DNA from: Planctomycetota bacterium
GTDB taxonomy: Bacteria; Planctomycetota; Planctomycetia; Pirellulales; Pirellulaceae
Assembly: GCA_046342615.1 (NCBI GenBank)
Contig: JBKDPB010000206.1
Span: forward strand, 6,704 to 70,703
DNA length: 64,000 bases
Direction: 5' to 3'
The notes under the pieces: generated by a model
Database searches by the model: none
What the model saw: the letters and a program-made list of their open reading frames with translations, nothing else
What the model was told of the DNA's origin: nothing
Program-made: the position numbers and the translations under genes
Part shown: positions 9,701 through 19,149 of the stretch, one piece after another
Numbering within the stretch: position 1 is the stretch's first letter
How the letters are laid out: each line of letters starts with the position of its first letter

Positions 9701-10325
9701 GCGATTCCGTCTCCCCGCGGAAACGATTCGCGACCAGGCTCTTGCGGTCGCCGGTCTATTGAGCCCCAAGATGCATGGCCCACCGGTGAAGCCGCCCCAG
9801 CCGTCGCTCGGCTTGTCCGCAGCGTTTGGATCCAGCACCGACTGGGCTACGAGCGCAGGGGATGATCGATACCGCCGAGGCATTTACACCACTTGGCGGC
9901 GTTCCAATCCGTATCCCTCGATGAGTGCCTTCGATGCGCCCAATCGAGAAGTCTGTACGCTTCGCCGCGTGCGCACTAATACGCCCCTTCAGGCGCTCGT
10001 GACGCTCAATGACCCAGTCTATATCGAAGCTGCCCAAGCACTCGGAAGAAATATGTTCCAGGCCGCCGACTCCAACGCAGGACGGATCGAATATGGTTTG
10101 AAGGCTGCCTTGTGTCGTCCCATTCGACCCGACGAAATCGAGGTGCTGCAGAAACTGCATGAAAAGGCATTGGCGATTTTCAAATCGCAACCTGAGGCTG
10201 CAGTAAAAATGGCGACCGAACCGTTGGGGGCATTGCCCGAAGGTTTAGATGCCGCAGAAATGGGGGCATGGACGGTGGTCGCCAACTCCATTTTGAACCT
10301 GGATGAATTTTTGATGCGGCGATAG
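6798..10325 (+). CDS. Planctomycete cytochrome c / DUF1549 (PSCyt2) / DUF1553 (PSD1) protein with internal F5/8-type-C-like domain
   Basis: DFNRDIRPILSNRCFRCHG, CAQCHSHKYDPI, WLDMARYADSSG, TNTPLQAL. NPWWEVDLG marks the discoidin-like segment. Confidence 0.92.
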   Translation: MQRTDAFARGLFSLILSVLPASLASGETATTKSLDFNRDIRPILSNRCFRCHGPDESERQGGGNSGLRLDTPEGLAEDLGGHFAVVPGKPEQSELIARIKSRDATEVMPPPETGPPLNDAEIALLERWVSENAPFAIHWAYRVPQRPALPQRASEQEQKWIKTPLDHFVLERLRREGLAPQAEADRYALIRRVALDVTGLPPSQEEIQRFIEDASGDAYEKMVDRFLAKETYGEHWARMWLDMARYADSSGYADDPARTIWLYRDYVIGAFNRNLPFDQFTIEQLAGDMLPNASAEQLIATAFHRNTLTNNEGGTNDEEFRNVAVVDRVNTTYAVWMGTTMACAQCHSHKYDPITQQEYFQTFAIFNNTEDADRGDESPLYEAWTEEQLKRRAELDQRFAADVKILDTMTPELEASRKAWETSLSKKPEWMIPNVASATSEAGVTLTIDPASRIIRSAAGAGKDNFQIDLDLANAKIAGASKLAAIQLETFADDGLPNKGPGWNNGNFILTELRATLLPPAGTHLSGRYVRVELPGENRILSLAEVEVFAKGENIARKGTATQSNVAFEGVPARAIDGNTNGNYFEANSVTHSEVHVTNPWWEVDLGSVQSIDKIAVWNRTDGGATISERLQGARVQVLGEDKKVLWEKTIGDTSKPDVAWDVDGSRTITFAAAVADYQQGDYVAANLASNRIDPSKGWGVGGGAGRDHRVTLVASEPIDVPEGSRLRVSLIHQSPHTQHIIGRFRLSVTGEAAALKWANIRKDMQSILETAEGDRTESQKAAVATFYRSIAPELDGVRTRLEAARAELASFKPSTTVPILRERGADRQRVTKLQHRGNYLDLGDEVKPGIPGVFKAGDQQVNNRLELAKWIVSKDNPLTARVTVNRYWEQLFGTGLVATAEEFGSQGDLPSHAELLDWLAVDFVESGWNMKQLLRTLLMSATYRQSSKVSPDVVQLDPDNRLLARGPRFRLPAETIRDQALAVAGLLSPKMHGPPVKPPQPSLGLSAAFGSSTDWATSAGDDRYRRGIYTTWRRSNPYPSMSAFDAPNREVCTLRRVRTNTPLQALVTLNDPVYIEAAQALGRNMFQAADSNAGRIEYGLKAALCRPIRPDEIEVLQKLHEKALAIFKSQPEAAVKMATEPLGALPEGLDAAEMGAWTVVANSILNLDEFLMRR

Positions 10326-10404
10326 CCCCGATGACTGAGGGAATTCACGACTTTGTTAACGCGAAAGTTCAAGAAATACGATTTCGAATCGTTTGGAGAA
10401 CACG

Positions 10405-11883
10405 ATGACCGCAAATTCGAATGATCCTCGCATCGAGCGAATCGCATGGCAGACTCGGCGTCACTTCCTCAAGGAGTCCGTCGGTGGCATCGGAGCCCTC
10501 GCGCTGGCGTCGATGCTTGGTTCAGGAGCGTCAGCAGATCCACCTGAAGCGACCTCGGGCGTCATCAATCCGTTGGCTCCGCGCAAACCGCACTTTGCGG
10601 CCAAGGCCAAGCGAGTGATCTATATTCACTTGACGGGCTCCCCGCCTCACTTGGACATGTACGACTACAAACCAGAATTGGTGAAGCGTACCGGGGAGGA
10701 TTGCCCGGATTCCTTTCTGAAAGGACGCATGTTCGCATTCACTTCGGGTGTGCCCAAGCTTTTGGGAACACCGCATCAGTTCGCTCAGTACGGTTCCGGA
10801 GGGACTTGGATGAGCGATGCGGTTCCGAACTTCCATGGGATCGCCGATGAATTGTGCGTCATCAAGTCGATGTTCACCGAACAATTCAATCATGCTCCTG
10901 GGGAGCTTCTTCTCTTCACAGGTTCTCCACGTTCGGGCCGTCCATCCTTGGGCTCTTGGGTCACATACGGCCTGGGGTCGGAAAATGAAAATCTACCCGG
11001 GTTTGTCGTGCTGATCTCCAGTGGAGTCCAGCCCAACGGCGGCAAGAATTCATTCGGTAGCGGCTTCTTGCCCAGCGTGTATCAAGGTGTTCAATGTCGA
11101 TCGCAAGGGGATCCGGTTCTTTATGTCACCGATCCTCCAGGGATGGATCGACAGATGCGACGCTTGACTCTCGACGCGATTAGCGAATTGAATCAAAAGC
11201 AAGCGAGAGAGATGGGGCATCCCGAAACCGCAACGCGCATCGCACAGTACGAGTTGGCTTTTCGCATGCAAATGTCCGTTCCGGAAGTGATGGACATTTC
11301 GAAGGAGCCTGCGGCAGTGCTCGAAGCTTATGGAGCCAAGCCCGGCGCATCGAGCCTCGCCAATAACTGCCTGCTGGCGCGACGATTGGTGGAGCAAGGA
11401 GTTCGCTACGTTCAATTGTTCGATTGGGGATGGGACTTCCACGGCACTTCGCCAGGTGAAGATATTCGCGATGAACTGAGCAACAAGTGCAGAACGATGG
11501 ACAGGCCGATTTCGGCCCTCATCAAGGAACTGCGGCAACGAGGGTTGCTGGACGAAACACTGATCGTGGTCGGCGGTGAGTTCGGGCGTACGCCGTTTCG
11601 CGAAGGTCGAACCGCTGGTGGTAACACTCTTGGACGCGATCATTATCCCGATTGCAATTCCATGATCTTGGCAGGTGGCGGAATCCGCGGCGGTATCTCC
11701 TACGGCGAGACCGATGAACTCGGATTCAGCATTGTCAAAGATAAGGTTCATGTCCATGACCTGCAGGCAACCATTCTGCATCAACTCGGATTCGACCATA
11801 CGCGTTTGACCTATCGATTCCAGGGACGCGACTATCGATTGACCGACGTGCACGGAGAAGTGGTCAAAGGCATTCTCTCTTGA
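10405..11883 (+). CDS. DUF1501 domain protein (Tat-exported)
   Basis: TRRHFLK Tat motif, AKAKRVIYI, GGEFGRTP, GRDH, HVHDLQATILHQLG. Typical partner of PSD1 genes. Confidence 0.92.
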   Translation: MTANSNDPRIERIAWQTRRHFLKESVGGIGALALASMLGSGASADPPEATSGVINPLAPRKPHFAAKAKRVIYIHLTGSPPHLDMYDYKPELVKRTGEDCPDSFLKGRMFAFTSGVPKLLGTPHQFAQYGSGGTWMSDAVPNFHGIADELCVIKSMFTEQFNHAPGELLLFTGSPRSGRPSLGSWVTYGLGSENENLPGFVVLISSGVQPNGGKNSFGSGFLPSVYQGVQCRSQGDPVLYVTDPPGMDRQMRRLTLDAISELNQKQAREMGHPETATRIAQYELAFRMQMSVPEVMDISKEPAAVLEAYGAKPGASSLANNCLLARRLVEQGVRYVQLFDWGWDFHGTSPGEDIRDELSNKCRTMDRPISALIKELRQRGLLDETLIVVGGEFGRTPFREGRTAGGNTLGRDHYPDCNSMILAGGGIRGGISYGETDELGFSIVKDKVHVHDLQATILHQLGFDHTRLTYRFQGRDYRLTDVHGEVVKGILS

Positions 11884-12177
11884 TCGGTTCGCGGAATGCC
11901 ATCGCGTGCGTGTGGCACATCGCAGTTCGGAGCAGGTGACGGAGCGGCGAAGGACGTACAAACGGTATGCGCGTTCGAGAATCGCAAGGATTGCCGCGGA
12001 GTTGGCCTTTTTCGAGGGGTTTTCTTGACCCATGGTGCCCCTCGATTAATCTTGAGGGTGTGGGCGTCTCAACCCGAATGGGACTGGTTCCTCGTCAATC
12101 CGCGATGGACATCTAAAAAAACCTCGCGCCTGGCAACTGGCAACAACCAGCGAAATATTGCTCGAGATCTTCGCAAA

Positions 12178-13602
12178 ATGGCATCCAATAACAGTCCGGC
12201 GCGCAAGGCGAATCGTCGTAAATCCTCTCAGGCAACGCGGCCTGCACCAAAAGCCAACGCTGCCGAAATGATGGCATCCAAAAGCTCCATGTACGATGCG
12301 TTCAGTCGCTCGATGGCTCTGATCGAGTTCACCACGGAAGGAACGATTCTCTGGGCCAATGAGAACTTCCTGAAGACGATCGGTTACTCTCTCGAAGAGA
12401 TTCAAGGAAGGCACCATAGCCTTTTCGTAGATCCGGAATACCGGAACTCGGTTGAATACCGAGACTTTTGGTACGACCTGGCGCATGGGGTATTCAAGGT
12501 GGCAAGGTTCAAGCGGATTGGAAAAGGGGGCAAAGAAATCTACTTGCAGGCCGCTTACAGTCCTGTGTTCGACGAGAACGGAGCTACTGTAAAGATCGTC
12601 AAACTCGCGGCGGACATCACCGAGAGCACGCTCCGAGAGATCCAAGCCGAGGAGCGCGAAGCAGCAACTCTCGCAATGCAACTTGAAGAGAAGAGAATTC
12701 TCGAGCTCAAAGTCAACGAACTCTCCGCGACTGTCGAGGCTGCTGCTAAGGGTGACTTGACACAAGTCGTCACCCTCACCGGGAACGACGACCTTGGGCG
12801 ACTCGGTGCGAGCCTCGGGAAGATGATCGGAGATCTCAGATCGATCATCTCCGAAGTCATATCGGCTGCTGAACAGCAAAATGAGGGAGCCCACACCATA
12901 GCCGAGGGGAGTGCCAACCTTAGCGAGGGGGCCCAAACCCAAGCGGCCTCCATCGAACAGATGACCGCGAGTGTCGCTGAAATGATCGACGCCATGGAAA
13001 TCATCTCCAAGAATGCCAATTCGGCAAAAGTCAAAGCCGTCCAGACCTCCGAACTGGCCAAAGGAGGTGGAGCGACGGTGGATGAAGCGATCAACGCGAT
13101 GAAGTTGATTCAGAAATCGAGCGAACAAATCAGTGAGATCATTCAGGTCATCAGCGAGATAGCCAGCCAAACCAACCTGCTCGCCCTTAATGCGGCGATT
13201 GAAGCTGCGCGGGCGGGTGAGCATGGACTCGGGTTCGCCGTGGTGGCCGACGAAGTTCGGAAGCTAGCAGAACGCTCCAGCGAAGCTGCAAAAAAAATAA
13301 CGACGTTGATCAAGGAATCGTCTCGTCGAGTCGAAGAAGGAGCGAGCTTATCGCAAAAGGTCGGCGATTCGCTGAACAAGATCGCAAAATCGGTTGACGA
13401 AACAGCCCAGGGCATCGGTCAAATCGCTGTTTCTACGGAAGCTCAGTCAGCCAGCGCGCAAGAGATCAGGATTGCGATACGTTCCGTCTCCCATACCACC
13501 GAATCCAACGCCGCTGCGTCCGAGGAAATGGCAGCCAGTGCCGAGCAGCTCGGAGCTCAATCCCAAGGTCTTCGCGATTTGGTTGCACGATTTCGAATCT
13601 GA
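12178..13602 (+). CDS. Soluble methyl-accepting chemotaxis protein (PAS-HAMP-MA)
   Basis: PAS segment [24 protein letters not shown] and signalling hairpin [37 protein letters not shown]. No TM segment. Start uncertain (12178 or later). Confidence 0.9.
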   Translation: MASNNSPARKANRRKSSQATRPAPKANAAEMMASKSSMYDAFSRSMALIEFTTEGTILWANENFLKTIGYSLEEIQGRHHSLFVDPEYRNSVEYRDFWYDLAHGVFKVARFKRIGKGGKEIYLQAAYSPVFDENGATVKIVKLAADITESTLREIQAEEREAATLAMQLEEKRILELKVNELSATVEAAAKGDLTQVVTLTGNDDLGRLGASLGKMIGDLRSIISEVISAAEQQNEGAHTIAEGSANLSEGAQTQAASIEQMTASVAEMIDAMEIISKNANSAKVKAVQTSELAKGGGATVDEAINAMKLIQKSSEQISEIIQVISEIASQTNLLALNAAIEAARAGEHGLGFAVVADEVRKLAERSSEAAKKITTLIKESSRRVEEGASLSQKVGDSLNKIAKSVDETAQGIGQIAVSTEAQSASAQEIRIAIRSVSHTTESNAAASEEMAASAEQLGAQSQGLRDLVARFRI

Positions 13603-13628
13603 TTTGGCGGCCTCGCATCGTCCAATCG

Positions 13629-14357
13629 CTAGATCTTTCTTCCAATAAAACCGTAATACGGGACCTTGGGAAACGGTATGTACGGGATCGTCCGGCATCC
13701 TTCCTCCAACCACACGGTTTCAAATCGTCTTTCCAGGAACGGCAGATGATCTTCATTGAGAAGGACATTGTCCCGCGCGAAAAAATACTTCCACCAGGCT
13801 TTTACCCAGCGAGGATGACTGGCGCGATCCCGGTCCGGGTGCTTTCTCGACACGTAAAAATCCGCGACCCCGATCACTCCGCTCCGCTTCAGCATTCGCT
13901 CAGCCTGCGCAATTGCCTGAAACCAATCAGGAATCATCGTGAGTGAGTACGAAAACGTTACCATGTCGGCAACGCGTTCCCCAAGCGACCACGTGGAAAC
14001 ATCGTCTCGTATCACGGTCACATTCGACCAATGATGACGCTCAATTCTCTCGCGGGCGACAGCCAGCAGCGACTCGCTCAAGTCAACCAGGTATACCTGT
14101 CTCAGTTCGGGAATTCGCTCAGCAACATATTCGAGATTGGATCCTGTGCCGCATCCGAGATCCACCCAAATGGATTGCGGCGTGAACGGCAAGTTGGCCA
14201 CCATCTCGCGTCGTCCGTGAAGGAATTTCTCCCGGAAACCGTCATACAACCTCGCCTGGGGGCCATAAAAACTGTCGAGACGTTCGGCATGGGTATTTCC
14301 CCGAATTGCCTTGCAATTCACTTCATACAAAACGCGCAAATCTTCCCATAACCCCAT
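13629..14357 (-). CDS. btaB: Class I SAM-dependent methyltransferase, BtaB-like (betaine lipid N-methyltransferase)
   Basis: VDLGCGTG, FSYSLTMIPDW, ADFYVS, RLDSFYGPQA..YD. Directly downstream of the DUF3419 gene. Confidence 0.75.
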   Translation of the reverse strand: MGLWEDLRVLYEVNCKAIRGNTHAERLDSFYGPQARLYDGFREKFLHGRREMVANLPFTPQSIWVDLGCGTGSNLEYVAERIPELRQVYLVDLSESLLAVARERIERHHWSNVTVIRDDVSTWSLGERVADMVTFSYSLTMIPDWFQAIAQAERMLKRSGVIGVADFYVSRKHPDRDRASHPRWVKAWWKYFFARDNVLLNEDHLPFLERRFETVWLEEGCRTIPYIPFPKVPYYGFIGRKI

Positions 14358-14366
14358 GAGTTCTTC

Positions 14367-15551
14367 CTATTTCAGAGTGGCGATGCGTAGGCTCTGATAG
14401 GTACGGGTGCGTTCCCGAGCAAACAATGCATCGGCCAAGCAGTCATCGTAGGCGATGAGGTGCCCCACCGGAACCTCTTTGTCCTGATACCGTACTTTGC
14501 ACTGATTGACGAAGTCCACATCCTTTCCCATGCTTCGCCAGAGAATTCGCACATCCCGAGTGCAACGATTCAGAATCGCTTCCCATTCTCGCGCTAGCTC
14601 ATTTTCGCCATTGCCATAAAACCAATCAAAATGATCCAGTAATGCGAATCGAGAAATTGGAGCTTCGTTTCTCTCCAGGAAGTCGGTGACACTCTCGGTG
14701 TGCGTCGTGATGCGTTCGATGAGCCCATCCTTCAAACGAGCAAAGGCCTCCGGTTTTAAGTACTCGGGACAGCATTCCGGAGTGAACTCACCGGTCAGGT
14801 AGACCCTCCAGAAATAATTCTCATTCAACAATTGTTGGGTCACGCAATACTCGGTGCACCGTTGCATATGTTCACTGATTGTCTCTTGCGATCTCCGAGC
14901 CAACATGACCTGGGGCCGAGGTACCCCTGAGATCGCCAAAAGCCCAGGATTCGCGAGCCCCCATTTGACATAGGGCTTCCAAAATTTTTCCCTTAACTCG
15001 GTTTCATAGATCTTCCATTGTTCACGAATCGAACCGGCATTCAGCATTCGCAACAAAGGTTCGTATAGGCGAGCGATGTGCTTGATATAAAGATTCATTG
15101 TCCAGGCAAACGTCCCCGATGAGCCTTTGAAATAGAATGGTCGCCGTTTGCTCGTAAATAAGTGAACGGATCGATCCCAATACGTTCGATAGGCCTCGGG
15201 AAGTGCAGGCCGCAGCGATTCCCGATACAGTCGTTTTGCGTCGGCATGAAATCCTCTGCCAAACCACTGAAAAAACGTCGCGTGATCCAACGAACGAATA
15301 CCAGCCAGTTTCAGTTCCAGCACCGCATTCTGGCGGAAATTGACATCGACAGCATAGACATGCTCGGGTTCGTCCAAAAGGTACTCGAGCGCATTGCATC
15401 CAGCGGACGTGATCACTACCACCCGATCGTCGTGCCCTATTTTCAATGCTGCCCGATCGACGCGTGGATCTTCCCAGCAAGCAGCGTAGACTAGATTATT
15501 CCTATGGACAGCATGAAACACATTTTGATTGATCCAATCATTGATCCCCAT
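14367..15551 (-). CDS. btaA: DUF3419/BtaA-like SAM:diacylglycerol 3-amino-3-carboxypropyl transferase
   Basis: LVYAACWEDPRVD, ITSAGCNAL, AVDVNFRQNAVLELKLA, ENYFW, LLDHFDW. Confidence 0.82.
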   Translation of the reverse strand: MGINDWINQNVFHAVHRNNLVYAACWEDPRVDRAALKIGHDDRVVVITSAGCNALEYLLDEPEHVYAVDVNFRQNAVLELKLAGIRSLDHATFFQWFGRGFHADAKRLYRESLRPALPEAYRTYWDRSVHLFTSKRRPFYFKGSSGTFAWTMNLYIKHIARLYEPLLRMLNAGSIREQWKIYETELREKFWKPYVKWGLANPGLLAISGVPRPQVMLARRSQETISEHMQRCTEYCVTQQLLNENYFWRVYLTGEFTPECCPEYLKPEAFARLKDGLIERITTHTESVTDFLERNEAPISRFALLDHFDWFYGNGENELAREWEAILNRCTRDVRILWRSMGKDVDFVNQCKVRYQDKEVPVGHLIAYDDCLADALFARERTRTYQSLRIATLK

Positions 15552-15614
15552 GCCTGCCTCACTGATTCATCGATGTTGTTCGTTGTGTCTGGCGACTCTC
15601 GAGGTGGTCGTTGG

Positions 15615-16634
15615 TTATGCCTGCGTACGCGACTCCACAGCCACTTCCCGCTCGTCCGAAATCGGAGGCATCGATGTTCCATCGTAGACGATGGTTCGTA
15701 GATCGCGATTGGCGGACGGGGCGGGCTCCGTGGTCAAGAATGGCCCGCACATCAGCTTCCAAAAATTTCCCCACGCCGACGGGCGGACTTCTTCCTGCGT
15801 CACGAACCTGGGAAGGTAAATCCAGGGCAAGAACGGATAGATATGATGCGCGAGGTGGAAGTGGTAGTTCAAAAAGATCCAGCGAGTCAACGGATCCACT
15901 TTGAGATTCCACGCGCCATATCGTATGTCTCGAGGTGAAAATGCATGATCCGTGTACTGCAGACTCCCCCAGATCATTCCAAACACCCAGTAGCAGGCTA
16001 GCCAGGCCACCGGATGGATCTTCAGCAACCAAATCGTGACGGCCTGGAAACCAAGGACGAGTATGATTTGAAATCGAATTTTGCGAAGCATTCGGGCCGT
16101 GTCGGGAATCCCCGACAACATGCTGTCAAAACCGCTGTGCTTCATGAGTGCCGATTCTCGCAACCGACGCCAACTCAATAGGGGCGGCAAGAACAGAAAG
16201 AGAACGTTGGCGGACGCTGCGCTGAGCCAGTAGATTCCAGCCGGCATTGCATAAATCACGAACCTCTTTATCCACAGATTGTCGGTTGGGTAATAGAGGT
16301 CGAACATTTCTGCATCGGTGCGATTGCGACAATGGTGTCCGAGATGAAAGTACTGCTGCAATGTAAAGCTCGTCGGGAAAAAAGCCCCTGCGATCACACC
16401 CAAAACCTCATTGCGTCGCCGATGCGAGTTCAAAATTCCATGAACTGCCTCGTGCAAAAGCGAAAAGTTCGTGTTGTTGATCAGCCCAAAGCAAAAAACG
16501 GCTATGCAGAAACCGAGCCATTGCGATGATCGATACGCGGCGCTGGCTCCGGTCAGAAATGCGATCGCAAGCGATCCCGAAGCGAGAAACGTCGCGAAGT
16601 TGATAAGGTTGGGAATGGGAAATCGTTCACGCAT
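15615..16634 (-). CDS. Membrane fatty acid desaturase family protein
   Basis: Three His boxes (HEAVH, HLGHH, HLAHH) plus TM helices. Start taken at MRERFP; it could lie further upstream. Confidence 0.88.
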   Translation of the reverse strand: MRERFPIPNLINFATFLASGSLAIAFLTGASAAYRSSQWLGFCIAVFCFGLINNTNFSLLHEAVHGILNSHRRRNEVLGVIAGAFFPTSFTLQQYFHLGHHCRNRTDAEMFDLYYPTDNLWIKRFVIYAMPAGIYWLSAASANVLFLFLPPLLSWRRLRESALMKHSGFDSMLSGIPDTARMLRKIRFQIILVLGFQAVTIWLLKIHPVAWLACYWVFGMIWGSLQYTDHAFSPRDIRYGAWNLKVDPLTRWIFLNYHFHLAHHIYPFLPWIYLPRFVTQEEVRPSAWGNFWKLMCGPFLTTEPAPSANRDLRTIVYDGTSMPPISDEREVAVESRTQA

Positions 16635-16705
16635 CGCGCGTGGGTCGAGCGGTCGATTGTCGATTTTTTGGGATAACAAGATCACTCTCCAGGGAACGAC
16701 GCGAT

Positions 16706-18412
16706 CTAATCCTGTATCACTCGGGGCGTTGATGCTTTCTCCATCTCCGACAAAAACTCCCTCCATGTTCCGCGATAATCTAGCACATTGGCTTTTAGCT
16801 CACCAACTCTCTTGCCAATCCCATTTTGCCAATCCTCGTAACGGCTCCAAAGTTCACGACCACACCATGGTAAGATCCTGACATCCACGCGGACCAGCTG
16901 ATTCAGGTTTCGGGCGAGGTCATATTGAGGATTGGAACGCAACCGTTCATCGAGAAAATTCGCCAACTTGTCGCGAGCAGCCTCAGGCAGGTTGGTGTCG
17001 GCCGATAGCAATAAGGTGTAACCCAGCAACGGCGGCTCCCGAACCACCAGCAGAAACAACTCTTGCTCCATGTCGAGTTCGCGGAATAACCCTACCAGCG
17101 TAGTGCGCACATGCTCTTCATTGAGCTTTTCTCCGACCAAATCGCTTACCGCATCCATTCGGCCCACGAACTGCAGCAGCGGACACATGGCATCGAATCC
17201 ATTTACCTCGACCACGTCTCCCAAGTCGTAGCGATAAAAGCCTCCGTTGGTGGTCACAATCACACGATACTTGTTTCCCAGTTGCAGTTCATCCGCCAGG
17301 TACAGACGGCTGTAGTCGATTCTTCCATCTGTGCCGACGGGAGCAAACTCGAAGAAATGGGATCGCACCGACAGTGCGCACCGACCATGTGCGCCGGTGG
17401 GAAAGGATACCACGCACTCGGTTGCCAATAATCCCTTCGCCTGCATTCTTGCCTGCGGAAACAACTTCTGAAGTTTTGAAAAATAATAGGCGGAATTTCC
17501 ATCGCCCCAGCAACTCAACAAGCTCAATCGTGGCCAGCAGTCACGCAAGAAATCTGCGCCGGTGCCTTTGTCGCGGTGCGAGCACTTCAGTTCCTCCGCT
17601 CGTCTTCGATTTGCCGTCAGAGTCAACTTGATCGTAGAATCCGAAGGTTCGTGTCTCGGCAGCCGGACCATTCCGTCTCCGATATCCCGACAAATCGATT
17701 CGATCCAAGGATCGATTTGATTCAAAAGCGATAGCAGAAAGGTCGGACTCCATACGGATATCAAGGCCAGGTCTGAGCATGCCATCCAGTAGAGCAGGTT
17801 TGCATACCGCGCATTCTCTACGCTGCGGATTTTGCCAACCAGCGGAGGGGGCAAAATCAACTTTTCCGCAAACCACTTCGACCACGCTCCAAGGTAGTCG
17901 CTATCGCTCTCAAAACCGATGGGAATCGATGCCGACGATTTGTGCGAGGTAGATGCCATCGGCGTTATGGACCAATAGGCTCGTCCATGCATCGCGTCGG
18001 GACAGGTTTGGAAAGTGGACCAAACCCAAGCGGCAATCGCTTTTTGAAAATCCTGTTTGAGTGAAGCCGTGTAGGGGACAAGTTTTGCGCCTCCCGAACT
18101 TCCTCCGGTAGGCACCAATCGCTCCACCGGTTCTGAGGTCAGGACGTTGCTCTCGCCTCGAACAATGCGGTCCATGTATTCGCTTAGAGCGTCGTATCGG
18201 ACCACTGGAACACGATCGCGGAAATCATCGATACTCTGGATGGAATCGAAACGAAATTTCTGGCCATAGGCGGACGTGCGATTTCGATTCAGGGTTGTCA
18301 GCAAGACACGTTCTTGGACATCGCGGACCTCGTGAACCGATTGCTGGAATCGCATCCCCTCCCGGCGCGATTGCCAGTGCCAACCTTGGTTGATCCAATA
18401 GGAGAGATTCAT
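16706..18412 (-). CDS. GH3-family acyl-adenylate-forming enzyme (acyl acid amido synthetase-like)
   Basis: GH3 motifs PTGGSSGGAK, KGLLATE and YRYDLGD. Also FRDRVPVVRYD, GEKLNE and NPQY. ATG overlaps the upstream stop (ATGA). Confidence 0.85.
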   Translation of the reverse strand: MNLSYWINQGWHWQSRREGMRFQQSVHEVRDVQERVLLTTLNRNRTSAYGQKFRFDSIQSIDDFRDRVPVVRYDALSEYMDRIVRGESNVLTSEPVERLVPTGGSSGGAKLVPYTASLKQDFQKAIAAWVWSTFQTCPDAMHGRAYWSITPMASTSHKSSASIPIGFESDSDYLGAWSKWFAEKLILPPPLVGKIRSVENARYANLLYWMACSDLALISVWSPTFLLSLLNQIDPWIESICRDIGDGMVRLPRHEPSDSTIKLTLTANRRRAEELKCSHRDKGTGADFLRDCWPRLSLLSCWGDGNSAYYFSKLQKLFPQARMQAKGLLATECVVSFPTGAHGRCALSVRSHFFEFAPVGTDGRIDYSRLYLADELQLGNKYRVIVTTNGGFYRYDLGDVVEVNGFDAMCPLLQFVGRMDAVSDLVGEKLNEEHVRTTLVGLFRELDMEQELFLLVVREPPLLGYTLLLSADTNLPEAARDKLANFLDERLRSNPQYDLARNLNQLVRVDVRILPWCGRELWSRYEDWQNGIGKRVGELKANVLDYRGTWREFLSEMEKASTPRVIQD

Positions 18413-19140
18413 GGTTCGGTGCGTGCAAACGCGGGTGTTGCCATCAATCGCTTCGCCGCTCGAGAGAAGTTGCTGAGCGATAAATTTGCCACGCAACAGA
18501 GTTCATCGCCGCGCTGATATCCTGGATTGCGCTCCAGAAAGAAAGCGACATGCGGATCTCGCCGATGATCGGACAGCAGATCAATCTCGGGTTTGACTCG
18601 ATACGCCTTTTCGCTTGCGAGCAAAATGCCTCGTTTCGAATCGTATTGCAACCCGAATTTCTGAATCGCCAAGGTGTCGAGCACGCGTTTGTGATACGGT
18701 GAAGTCTCGCGATTCCAGCAGGGGCTAAACTCCTCGAAGAAGACCGAGAGAAAGCGGTAGGTTCTGTAGCCCTTGCAAATCAAGAACCAGTAAAGATCGC
18801 AATTCTGGTTCGCCTCGATGATCCGCACAGCGAGTTGCCCCCAAGCCAAGGCCAAAAGCGGACTTCCCCAACAGTCTCGATCGACGATCGTGTCACCCGA
18901 AAAGAGAGCCGTTACCTTCCTGCCATCGACGACGGTATCCAGTAGCCTCTGCGTCGAGAAACCTTTTAACACGCCCGTGACCTCGTCTCGCAGTTCGATG
19001 ATCCATTGTTTCTCATTCAAGTCATCGAGAAATGTGGTGCGTGAGGTGTTGTCGTAGTGTCGCGTCATCAAGCCAAACATCTCTTGGATATCGTGACTCG
19101 ACAAATCGGAAGGCGACCGAAGCTTGGAATGCAATGTCAT
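18409..19140 (-). CDS. Conserved hypothetical protein, probable GNAT-like fold
   Basis: 243-aa ORF with GFSTQ, FSGDTIVDRDCWG and YWFLICKGYRTYRFL. The fold call is inference. Confidence 0.6.
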   Translation of the reverse strand: MTLHSKLRSPSDLSSHDIQEMFGLMTRHYDNTSRTTFLDDLNEKQWIIELRDEVTGVLKGFSTQRLLDTVVDGRKVTALFSGDTIVDRDCWGSPLLALAWGQLAVRIIEANQNCDLYWFLICKGYRTYRFLSVFFEEFSPCWNRETSPYHKRVLDTLAIQKFGLQYDSKRGILLASEKAYRVKPEIDLLSDHRRDPHVAFFLERNPGYQRGDELCCVANLSLSNFSRAAKRLMATPAFARTEP

Positions 19141-19149
19141 GCTAATCCC

